From Thecamonas trahens ATCC 50062 (lineage: Eukaryota; Protista; Apusomonadida), in contig NW_013657620.1 of assembly GCF_000142905.1 (NCBI RefSeq), positions 157,319 through 221,318 of the forward strand: a stretch of 64,000 bases of DNA. Direction: 5' to 3'. Below are positions 42,537-52,717 of the stretch, in pieces. Position numbers and translations under genes: made by a program. How positions within the stretch are numbered: position 1 is the stretch's first letter; every line of letters begins with the position of its first letter. Under the pieces are notes generated by a model that ran no database searches, was not told the DNA's origin, and saw only the letters and a program-made list of their open reading frames with translations.

Positions 42537-43456
42537 TTACGGCGACGGGGGGTGCAGGATGGCGCGGCCGGCCGGCTTGGTCTGGTCGACGTCGGGCAGT
42601 GGAGTGTCGGCAAACGGACTCGAGGTGTAGCCGTTGTGGTAGAGGAAGCCGTTCTTGATGGCCTCGTAGGTAAGCGCGCCGGCAGTGACGACCGGGATGA
42701 CCCGGAGCGAGGAGACGAGAATACCGCGGAAGATGGCACGGAGGCCGAGCTGCGGAATGCCGGCAAAGACGCCCTCGATCTCGACGGCAGCGCCGCGGGC
42801 CTTGGGCGCAAGCGCGGCAGACTCGACGGTGGAGGCGGCCGAGGCCGAGGCATCGACAGCGCCGGTGGTGGCGGCGGCCGATGCTGGCTTGGCCTTGGGC
42901 TGCTCGAGCGGGTCGAGGGCAATGTCGGGCATGGGCCGAATCTCCTGGGCCTGCAATCTGCGGCGCATGGTCTCAATGGGATACATGGCTGTCTGCGCCG
43001 CAAAAGTGGCGGCGGACGAGGCGGCAATGGTATGGTGGATGCCGAGGGTGGCGTACGAGGGGAGGTCAAAGGCGTCGATGATGGCAGCGTAGACGTAGGC
43101 AGCAATGGCAGCGTACGGCAGAGTGTCGACCAGCAGGGTGGTGACGCCATTGAGTGTCGAGCGGCCGCCCTCAATCTTGACGGCCCGGCGGGCGGAGAGG
43201 AGGGTGGGGTGGCGGACCGGGTCGACCATCATCCGGGTGCGGAACATGTCGACGGGATGGGCGACGCAGCGGGCGGCAAAGGCGGCGCCCGCGGCCGCCA
43301 ACCACTGATCATCGCCGTTGACGTGGCCCGAGATAGGATCTGCCGTCCGCGCCAGCGCGTACGAGCCCAGCCCTGTCTGCAGCCCCACCAGCGGGACCAG
43401 CCGGACAAGGGTGGCCGAGTGCCCACGCCAGAGCCGCAAGACCTTGCGTAGCGATA

Positions 43457-43487
<31 letters not shown>

Positions 43488-43805
43488 TGGTGATGCCGCT
43501 GCTGCTGATGATGATGATGAGCTCGATGACGAAGACTGCATGACAGCCGCAATGATGTCGCGGACACGAGTCGGGGCAAAGCGCGAGGCGTCGATGGCGG
43601 CAGCTGCGGCGTCTTCCGGCAGCGCCTTGGCGGCGGCGATGGAGGCGGCGGAGAGCGGCCGGGCGTGCTCACCGGCCTGGAGGACAGTCTTGACAAGGGT
43701 GAGCGGGGCGACGAGGGTGGTTGCTACTCCGCCTGAGATGAGCGAGGCAAACGCGTGCTGCCCGGCCGAGAGCCGCGTCTCCCCGTGGTGCGGGTAGGTG
43801 AACAT
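42537..43805 (-). CDS. SLC25A43: Mitochondrial carrier, SLC25A43-like
   Basis: Three carrier repeats (APLTLVK, HPVDMFR, YPIETMR); SLC25A43-type termini ETRLSAGQ and FLYHNGYTSSPF...VDQ. Confidence 0.78.
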
Positions 43806-44368
43806 GGCGAAGAGTGGGGTGGCCGTGAGCAGGACGCTGTGTCGCGCTCGATGGATGGAGCACGGTTGGGGTTTGGGGGGGGATGGGGGGTGGGGGGTGG
43901 GAAGTGCAAAAATTTGTGTTGGGGGGGGGGGGGGGGATTGGCAGGAAGTGGTTTGGCAGTTGCCGGGACACTTTGTTCGCCGAGTGAGCGTTGTTTGGCG
44001 GAGGGGGATGGCCGAGAGTGCGGGACAGCCAACTCGCAGCGCAGTTCGCTGATTGCATCTAGAGCGGCATCAGGGATGTCCCAGATAGAGCTCCATGTGA
44101 CCGGGCGAAGAGTCTCTTTGTCTCCCACACACTTTCAACGGACATCGGTACGGGCAGGCGGATCAGATGATGATGGCTGCGGCAAGTCGCCCACGAACCG
44201 ACAGGCCGGCAGAGAGTCAGCGAACAACCACAGGCGGCAGGCACGGGCGACGACGGCGACGACGACCAGGACGAGTACCCGTTCGATCAATACGATGCGG
44301 AGACGGTCACTTCCTCTGCAAGCGAGACGGACTGGTGGTGGAGGTGGAAGTGGCGGGGGTGGCGGTCC

Positions 44369-44728
44369 GTGCGGGGGTATGGTCAGCCAGCCGGGTTGTG
44401 GTCATGGTCTGGGAATGGTGACGGTCACCCCGCCAGCACCAACACCGCCGCCACCGCCACCGCCACCGCCACCACCACCACCGTCACCACCACCACCACC
44501 ACCACCACCTCGGCCACTCCACCCGCCGCGGTAGGAAAGACTTCTCCAAGGTCGACAACAGGGGGGGTGTTGAGGGGAAGGACGTGCCTTGGCTTGCAAG
44601 CACACGCAACACAAGCAGCGGGACCAGCAGCGGGACCAACAACACCAACAACACCAACAGCAACAACAGCAACAACACCAGGGGTGGCAGCAGCAGCAGC
44701 AGCAACAGCAGCAACCACAACCACAACC

Positions 44729-44781
<53 letters not shown>

Positions 44782-47368
44782 GGCTTCGTCGTCGTCGTCT
44801 GCTTCGTTTGTCTCGTCTGCTTCGTCTGCTTCGCCGTCGTCGACTTTGTCATCGGTGGCTGCTTCGCCGTTAGCTCTCGCTCCGGTGGCTGTCTCTATCT
44901 CTGCCAGCTCGGGTGCGTTGTCGACCTCAGTGTCCACCTCGTTGTCCTTGCAGGGTACACCGGTTGTGCTTGTGGGTCGTCGCTCGCCGTCCATCAACTC
45001 GGGGCCCGGTAAGGCTGCAGTGGTGCCTGTGGATCAGGCTCGGTCTCAGTCGGGAACTGCCACAGACGGAGTGATGGCTGGTGTGTCTGGCGCAGATGGT
45101 GTGGAGGGTGGAGAGGGCGTGGTGGTGACGTCTGTCGAGGCCGCGGACGGGTCCGGGTCCGGATCCAGGTCGGGAGCGTCCAACTCAAGCTCAAGCTCGA
45201 GTTCAAGCTCGAGCTCAAGCTCAAGCTCAAGCTCAAGCTCAAGCTCGGGGCCAAGGTCGGATTGTTCGAGCGCGGCTAGAGTTGACGGTGGATCATGTAG
45301 AGATCGCTCCGGGTCAGGGTCGGCAGCCGGAGACACCGACGACGACAATGACTTTTTCGCGACGGCGCTTCAGGGATGGGGCGGTGAAGGTACGCCGCCG
45401 ATGTCGGGCTCGCTTGGGCTCGGGTCATATGGGAAGGTGGCGTCCGAGGACGTGGTTGTACTTGATACGGCTGGCCGGAGTGGTGGCGGCAGTGGTGGCA
45501 GTGGCATTGGTGTTGATGGTGACGGCGGTGGCGGCGACGACGACGATGACGACAACCTGTTTTTTGCGGCAGCACTGCAGGGGTGGGGCGGCAACGGGAC
45601 GCCGCCGATGTCGGGCTCGCTTGGACTTGGGTCGCAGATCCTAGCCGACGACTTGGTGATCATGGGGAACGCCAGTCCGGTGGAGGGCGAGTATGTGTAC
45701 GCGTACTCGTACGACGAGAGTGGAAGTGGAAGCGACGGAGTGGACTCTGCCGACGGGGCGCGGTCCGACTCTGTCTCTGACTCGTCGTTCTCGACGATCG
45801 ACGACAACGCGCCGATTGCGTTCCGGACACACGAGGAGACGTTGGAAGCGTTCCGTCGGCACTCGCTGTGGTCCGAGCAACGTGGAACGCTCCCGCTGCT
45901 TGTCCTTCACACCGACGGTGATGAGGAGGAGGGTGACGAGCGCGAGGTCGGGGCGACGCCGCAGCGAAAGACGCCGTGTGAGTCGGAGCTTATGCTCTCG
46001 CCGAGTCCTGCGCTCGCTGACGGAGTGGCACACACGCCGCGGATGATGCGGTCGATGGACGAGGACGGGTTTAACTGGGTCAACCAGTACATTCTCCTGC
46101 ACACGCTCGGCAAAGGGTCGTACGGCAAGGTCCGGCTGGGCATCAACTCGGAGACGGGTGAGCAGGTGGCGATCAAGGTGTTTAACAAGGACATGCTCGC
46201 GCGCAAGCGCAAGGCCGGCTTTCTCTCGCCGTCGATGCTCGAGGACGCGTACAACGAGATTGCAATCATGAAACAGCTGGCGCACCCCAACGTGGTCAAG
46301 ATCTACGAGGTTATCGACGACCCGGAGGTGCACAAGATGTTTGTGGTAATGGAACACATGGACCGGCCGCTGATGAAGTCTGTACTGGAGCAGGAGCCGC
46401 TGGACCTGCACCTCGCGCGCAAGTACTTTCGCGATGTGGTGTGCGGGCTCTCGTACCTCCACCGGTCGGGCATTGTTCACCGCGACATCAAGCCCGAGAA
46501 CCTGCTGTTGGCCGAGGTGCTAATGCCTGTGGGTGACGGCGGGGACGGAAGCGACTCGGAGTCTGCAGACGACGGTAAGTGCGACGCGGCACTTGAGCGG
46601 CATGCGTCAGGAGGCCTGTCTGTCGACGACGCGGCGCCCGAGAGTGGGGTGGGCGCAGGATCAAGTGGTGGTGGCAGATCGAGTCGGGCATCGTCGGCGG
46701 CGGCGGCGAGTCCTGTGGTGATGCGGATGACCGAGGTGGTCAAGATTTCGGACTTTTCTGTCTCTGTCATGTTTGAGGGCGACGACGACCTTCTGGAGCG
46801 GACCGAGGGCTCGCCGGCGTTTCTTGCGCCGGAAATTATCTCTGGTGGCAAGTACTCTGGGCGGGCCATCGATGTATGGGCGCTGGGGGTGACTCTGTAC
46901 GTGTTTATCTTTGGGCGGCCGCCTTTTCTGGCGGCGTCGGAGTTTGCGATCTACGAGGAGATCCGTGAGGCGCCGCTGGCGTATCCGCACCCGATCGATC
47001 CGCTGCTGGACGATCTGCTCCAGGGCCTGCTATACAAGGATCCGAGCCAGCGGATGACGCTCGAGATGGTGAAGCGGCACGCGTGGGTGACCATGTCGGG
47101 CGCATGGCCGCTGAAGGACCCGCTCGCCTCGGTTGCGTCGGAGCTCCTCACGACGCACGCCAACATCCACAAAAAGGCGTACTCGCCGCTCGCCGGCAAA
47201 GCGCTCCTCGAGTACGAGTCGGACTCGATCGACGACGGCGGGAGTGAGGGCGAGAGTGGGGCGGGCGAAGGCGAGGACGGGGCCGACGCCGACGCACCGC
47301 GCGGACCGTTGTTTCCGGCCTCACCGTCGGCAGGCGCAGCGGCGAGCAACTGTCTTGGCCTGGCGTAG
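44369..47368 (+). CDS. CaMKK/GRIK/Sak1-like AMPK-upstream kinase with a long low-complexity N-terminus
   Basis: VNQYILLHTLGKGSYGKV, EIAIMKQLAHPNVVKIYEVIDDP, HRDIKPENLLL, KISDFSVS, EGSPAFLAPE, AIDVWALGVTLY. True start uncertain. Confidence 0.88.
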
Positions 47369-47391
47369 GTTGGGTAAAGATGGGCGATTAA

Positions 47392-48183
47392 CCCTTAACG
47401 GTACGGTCGTTCGGACACGTTGTCGCGCGTCTCAAAGTGAAGAACTCGATGATGCTCGACTTTCAGGTCACCGACCGACGCTGCGTGACGCCTGCTTGGC
47501 CTGCGGCTTGAGGTGGGAGGCGCGCCTGCACCTGATGGCGGCTGACACGTAGACGCCCGCCTGAAGGATGCCCGAGTTGCCGTCGCGATGACGACCCCGA
47601 CGACCGGGAAGGAGAGCATGCCAGAGTTGAACACAGCGGCCAGACGGAAGAGCGCGAGGACCTTGCGACGGACGAGCTTGCCGGTCGGCGTGGCCGCGCG
47701 AGTGGTGGTACGCCATCTTCTACTGGATTCTGGACGCCGCGCTCATCAACGCGTACGCGCTCTACGCTGACGCGAGCCCACACCCCGCCACGACTCGCGT
47801 GGTTTTTCTCTACGACATCATCGACGCTCTCGCCGCCAGTGCCGACGCCGTCAGCTCCGCGCCGTCGCGCAAGTGGAAGCGTCCCTCTGCGCCGGCACTC
47901 TCGGCAAGAAAGCGCCTCTGCAGTGAGCCGCTCTGCGATGCGGCTGCCTCGCCTGCCGGAAGCTTCATGGTAAGCGATCGCGGCCGCAGACCTTTTGCGC
48001 CGCGTGCGGCGTCCATCTCTGCATCGCCGACTGTTTTCTGTTGTGGCCCACATGTGGCCACAGCAGCCGTTAACACACTGTACTACTCTTACACCGCGAT
48101 TGATTGGCGTTGCGACGTCTGTGGAGCGTCGCGGAGCGCGGCTTGCGCGATGGACACGTTTGTCCATTCCGCACCGTAAAGGG
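47392..48183 (+). mobile_element. Non-autonomous piggyBac element, copy B (both TTAA sites intact)
   Basis: TTAA 47388-47391 and 48184-48187. TIRs CCCTTAACGGTACGG and CCGCACCGTAAAGGG (13/15 match). Transposase C-terminal remnant WWYAIFYWILDAALINAYALY and Cys-rich CLACRK...TFCAACGVHLCIADCF. Confidence 0.92.
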
Positions 48184-48858
48184 TTAAGAGTCGAGGGCCT
48201 CGTCGAGCTTGGCCATGAACAGTGGATCGTTAGCGAGCGATGCTGCCAGCGACGACGAGATAGTGCCGAATGAGCCGAAGGTGGCAGAGGCGGACGGCGA
48301 GGACGACGGGAGGGGAGGCGGGGAGGAGGAGAGCGGCTCGAGCGAGGAGGGCGGGACAACGCGGAGGAGAGGCGATGAGGGAGGAGACGGAGAGTGCGAT
48401 TCGGGAGGCGGGGGCGAGGGCGGAGGCGAGGGTGGGGCCGGGGAGGATGGGCGGTAGAAGGCGTCGAGAGGGACTTGCTTGGACTGGTGCGGAGAGGACG
48501 GCGCCTTGGCGCGGACGGTGCGATCTGCGGCGGCAGCCAGTGCGGCCGTCTGGCGGACCGCGTCGTGCAAGGCGGTTGATGGCGGTGGGCGGGAGACCGG
48601 GCCTCTCCGCGCTGGGCGTGATGGCTCTGCCGCAGCCGTCGATCGTCCCGGGAGGGCAGCAAAGGACGGCCGCTGGAGCAAGAGCCGGGGGCGCTTCCGT
48701 CGTCGTCGCTGCGCTCGTCTCCCGCGCGGAGCGGGCTCGGTCGGTTCGCGCCGCTGTCTTGTGCGCTTGCGGGGGAATGGGAGGCGTGTCTGTGTGGTGG
48801 GCGGGGTGGGGGGAGGTGGGGTCGCAGGCTTGGAACGGGAGATCCATTGGTCGGCCAT
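48184..48858 (-). CDS. Hypothetical basic/Pro-rich protein with a PCNA-binding PIP-box-like motif
   Basis: 225-codon ORF with NLS-like RRRRKRPR and QVPLDAFY; its stop TAA lies in the piggyBac TTAA. Confidence 0.5.
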   Translation of the reverse strand: MADQWISRSKPATPPPPTPPTTQTRLPFPRKRTRQRREPTEPAPRGRRAQRRRRKRPRLLLQRPSFAALPGRSTAAAEPSRPARRGPVSRPPPSTALHDAVRQTAALAAAADRTVRAKAPSSPHQSKQVPLDAFYRPSSPAPPSPPPSPPPPESHSPSPPSSPLLRVVPPSSLEPLSSSPPPLPSSSPSASATFGSFGTISSSLAASLANDPLFMAKLDEALDS

Positions 48859-48930
48859 GGGGTGGGGGGTGGGGTGGGGGGGGGAGGGGGGAGTCAGGTG
48901 GACTTGGTCGTTGTCGTGATGGGGGTGGGG

Positions 48931-49410
48931 GTAGTCATGATCAGTGTGGAGGTAGTCATGATCAGTGTGGTGGTAGTCATGATCAGTGTGATGGTAGTCA
49001 TGATCAGTGTGATGGTAGTCATGATCAGTGTGATGGTAGTCATGATCAGTGTGATGGTAGTCATGATCAGTGTGATGGTAGTCATGATCAGTGTGATGGT
49101 AGTCATGATCAGTGTGATGGTAGTCATGATCAGTGTGGTGGTAGTCATGATCAGTGTGATGGTAGTCATGATCAGTGTGGTAGTAGTCATGATCAGTGTG
49201 GTAGTAGTCATGATCAGTGTGGTAGTAGTCATGATCAGTGTGGTGGTAGTCATGATCAGTGTGATGGTAGTCATGATCAGTGTGATGGTAGTCATGATCA
49301 GTGTGATGGTAGTCATGATCAGTGTGATGGTAGTCATGATCAGTGTGATGGTAGTCATGATCAGTGTGATGGTAGTCATGATCAGTGTGGTAGTAGTCAT
49401 GATCAGTGTG
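48931..49410. repeat. 21-bp minisatellite, about 23 copies (gtagtcatgatcagtgtgatg and variants)
   Basis: Head-to-tail units without spacers; variation confined to the gtgATG/GTG/GTA triplet. Confidence 0.97.
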
Positions 49411-49746
49411 GTGACCAGCCGGCCATGACCAGTCCCCTCCCCCCCTCCCCCCCCCTCCCCTCCCCCCTTTCTTCCTTTCCCCCTCCCTTCCACCACATTT
49501 TTTGTCTCTGTAGAAGATCCCATTCTCCCCCCCCTTCCCCCCCTCCCCCCCTCCCCCTCCCCCCTCCCGNNNNNNNNNNNNNNNNNNNNNNNNNNNNNNN
49601 NNNNNNNNNNNNNNNNNNNNNNNNNNNNNNNNNNNNNNNNNNNNNNNNNNNNNNNNNNNNNNNNNNNNNCCCTCGCCCCTCCCGAACCACACACACACAC
49701 CACACCACACACATCTCTCTCTCTCTCTTCCAATACCCACCAAAGT

Positions 49747-52683
49747 ATGGAGCTTGATCTTGGACTTGCGCGGTCGTGCATGGTCCCCGTGCCGCTCTTC
49801 CCAACTCCGGCCTGCGAGGATAACGGGCCTGTGGTCGACCACCTGCTCCTCCTCCTGCGAACGCTCGCCGAGCCGCGTGAGCTCTTTGCCGCCAACGACC
49901 TCTTGGCATTGGCCATGACATGCAAGGCACTTTATCGTTTTTTTGCCGTCGAGTCGGACATGCTCCTCCGCTACTGCGGCATGATCATCCGTGGCGGCTG
50001 GCCCAATGGCTTCTCCCCGCTCAAGCTCTACCATCAAACCGTCAAGGCTCAGGTCGACAACGTCCACTGGCAGCGGAGCCTGCTCTCGGCTGACTTTGCC
50101 GAGAAGCGTCTGACCGACAAACTCATGGCCATCACCGTCCATGTGGAGGAGGGCTCGTCGAACGAGTTCTGGCTCCGCCAGCTGCTCAAGTCGATGGCCG
50201 TCTCGCGCTTCCCCACCGGTCCGCAGGCTTCCGACGTCCTCGCCGCCCTCAACACTGTCCGCAAGCTCGACCGCGCCTCGCTCACGGACGCGGCGGTGCT
50301 GAACGCTGTCGCCGCCGCCGCCGCGCCGGATGCCGACCTCGGCGCTGATGCTGCTGCTGCCGCCGCCTCGAGCTCGTCTGTCGAGTCGGACCCGATGCCA
50401 AAGCCCAACGAGGTGCTCGGCGTGCTGGTGGGCGTGACGCTCGCCGCAGACGCGGCGACCGCCGCGGCCTCGGGCGCACCGCTCAACAAGAAGGCACTGG
50501 CGGCGCTGCTCCCCTCGATGGCGGCGATCGAGTACGCGGTGGCCCTGAGCGGCGGCGCGAGCGTCGACGAGCTCAAAACCAAGTGGAGCAAGCCGAAGAT
50601 CGCACTGCCGCGGCCGCTGCGTGCGGCCATTGTCATGGCCATGGGCGGGATGTCGCTGACGCGGCTGATGGACATGTTCAAGAAGCCCGGGTTCTACAAG
50701 GCGCTCTTCAGGGCCCTGCACTTTGGTGTGCTGGTGGGCAAGGTGGTGCCGGCGAGCGCGCAGCCGACGCTCTACATGCTGCAGGCGCTGCTCACTGAGC
50801 GCAAGTACCCGGCAAGTGCCGCCGAGTTTGCCGAGACGGCCTGGGCCGAGCGGGTGGCGGCGCCGCTCGGCAAGCTCGCCAGCGCGCGGATGTTTGAAGT
50901 CGCCGACGCCGAGCTCTGGTCGTCGCCGACCTGGGTCGAGGCGCTCGCGGGGCGCAAGCTCCACAAGCCGCTGAAGAATACGGTGGACAACGTCCTGGCG
51001 CGCGAGGGCAACACCCACCATGCGTGGGACAAGCTGTTTGAGCTCGGCCTCGTCACGCATGCGCAGGTCCTCGCCAACCTGCGGACGCTCATTCTCCTCG
51101 AGTACCCGTCGGACAACGTCGGCGCGGTCCTCTCGGCGGCAGCTGACAAGCTCAAGGCCTTTGACCTCCTCAAGGTGGTGGCCTTTCTGCAGGAGACCTT
51201 CACCGAGGCGTACGTGGCGCGGTTGGAGGAGCTCGTGGCCGGAGTCCTCGCCGGTGGCGCCGAGGCTGACGCCGAGGGCCTTGTGCGTGTGCAGATGGAG
51301 CCGATCTCGGTTCGCGACAAGAAGGGGCAGGTCAAGAGCATTGTGGTCCACCGACGGGTGAGCGCGACGTTCTCGGCGGCGGCGCTCGAGCCCTACGTGG
51401 CCATGCTAAGGGCGGCGGCGAACACGGCGGCGGAGCGCGAGGTGGCGGGCGGGCCGGTCTACGACACGGCGGTGGTGATCAACTCCCCGGAGCTGCACAA
51501 CCCGGTGCGGACCGGCATTCCGCCGGTCATTCCCGAGTACTCGCGGACCTCGCTGTGGCGCAACGAGGGCGTAGTCCTCCAACAGCTTGTTCACGACGGC
51601 GAGACGCTCGACGTGATGATGCCGGGCATCTCGTGGTGCCAGGCCAAGGACGGGCCGCGCATCGACCTTGACCTCTCGATCATGGTCTACTCGTCCTCGT
51701 GGGAGTTCCTTGAGCGGTGCTCGTACCAAAAGACGACCATTGCCGGCTGCCGGCACTCGGGCGACAAGACGTCGGCGCCGTTCCCTGAGGGCGCACGCGA
51801 GGATGTGCAGATCACGCTGGCGGAGCTTCTCGAGGGCTTCCCCACCGCCAAGTACGTGGTTATTGTCGTCTTCTCGTATTCGGGCGTGGCCTTTGACGCC
51901 ATGCACGACGCCTCGGTCTTTGTGGCGAACCCGCACTCGACCGGAACCGGCCCGCAGGGCATGGACGTCATCTCGGCGGCGCGGCTTAGTGGCGAGACGT
52001 CGGTCAACATTGCCGGGTACATCACGCTCGACCGCGAGGCCGGCACGCAGAAGTTCACCTGCCTCGACCACTCGCCGTCGTCGAACAACCGAACGGCGTC
52101 GGCGTCGACGTCGCTTGTGGCGCAGATGGTGTCCGAGGCCGACAAGGCCAACGCGTCGCAGGCGCAGCTGCGGCTCATCAACATGGCGGCGTTCATCGCC
52201 GGCAACCTCGCGCGCAAGGTCGTCGTCGTCTCGGCCGACGGCGAGATCGAGGTCGAGCTGACCGGCACTGCGCTCGAGCGGTACGAGGCCGTGCTGGACG
52301 TGCTCCGGACCTCGCCGCAGATCATCAAGCCGGTCTACCGCGTCCCGCAGCCCGGCGCGTACGGCGAGAGCATCGTCGTGCTCGGCGGCGAGCTCGACGA
52401 CCCGCAGCTGGTGGCTCACGGCATGGGCGCGGCGCAGGTCGCGGTCGACGACGGCGACGACGACGACGGGACCACCGGCCGCGACGGCACCGCCGTCGTC
52501 TTTGTCAACATGCGCTCGGACAAGAACGCCGCCAAGCTCCGCAAGTACAAGGTGCCCGGAACGAAGCGGGCTGAGCTGGCCATGGTGGTGGAGGGATGGG
52601 ACACGCTCAAGATCCTCGCCAAGGCCGTGGACACGCTGACCGACGCCGCCGACGCCGGGCCGAGCGGGCCCATCTGCGACTGA
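49747..52683 (+). CDS. F-box-like + TROVE (TEP1/Ro60-like) + vWA interrupted by a TerD domain
   Basis: 978-aa intronless ORF. TROVE motifs LPRPLRAAI, QALLTERKYP, NTVDNVLAREGNTHHAWDKL, VLANLRTL, YVAMLRAAANTA. TerD motifs IDLDLSIMVY, HSGDKTSAPFPEGARED, YVVIVVFSYSG. Confidence 0.72.
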   Translation: MELDLGLARSCMVPVPLFPTPACEDNGPVVDHLLLLLRTLAEPRELFAANDLLALAMTCKALYRFFAVESDMLLRYCGMIIRGGWPNGFSPLKLYHQTVKAQVDNVHWQRSLLSADFAEKRLTDKLMAITVHVEEGSSNEFWLRQLLKSMAVSRFPTGPQASDVLAALNTVRKLDRASLTDAAVLNAVAAAAAPDADLGADAAAAAASSSSVESDPMPKPNEVLGVLVGVTLAADAATAAASGAPLNKKALAALLPSMAAIEYAVALSGGASVDELKTKWSKPKIALPRPLRAAIVMAMGGMSLTRLMDMFKKPGFYKALFRALHFGVLVGKVVPASAQPTLYMLQALLTERKYPASAAEFAETAWAERVAAPLGKLASARMFEVADAELWSSPTWVEALAGRKLHKPLKNTVDNVLAREGNTHHAWDKLFELGLVTHAQVLANLRTLILLEYPSDNVGAVLSAAADKLKAFDLLKVVAFLQETFTEAYVARLEELVAGVLAGGAEADAEGLVRVQMEPISVRDKKGQVKSIVVHRRVSATFSAAALEPYVAMLRAAANTAAEREVAGGPVYDTAVVINSPELHNPVRTGIPPVIPEYSRTSLWRNEGVVLQQLVHDGETLDVMMPGISWCQAKDGPRIDLDLSIMVYSSSWEFLERCSYQKTTIAGCRHSGDKTSAPFPEGAREDVQITLAELLEGFPTAKYVVIVVFSYSGVAFDAMHDASVFVANPHSTGTGPQGMDVISAARLSGETSVNIAGYITLDREAGTQKFTCLDHSPSSNNRTASASTSLVAQMVSEADKANASQAQLRLINMAAFIAGNLARKVVVVSADGEIEVELTGTALERYEAVLDVLRTSPQIIKPVYRVPQPGAYGESIVVLGGELDDPQLVAHGMGAAQVAVDDGDDDDGTTGRDGTAVVFVNMRSDKNAAKLRKYKVPGTKRAELAMVVEGWDTLKILAKAVDTLTDAADAGPSGPICD

Positions 52684-52717
52684 TAAACTAAACTCTGCGT
52701 CTGCTTCAATGCTCTGT

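Noticed and set aside
48931-49410. CRISPR-like array
   Set aside because: Units are contiguous with no unique spacers, there are no cas genes, and the context is eukaryotic.
48859-51351. Upstream part of the 1055-aa minus-strand ORF 48184..51351
   Set aside because: Antisense shadow of the TROVE-TerD gene, read through an N gap and repeats.
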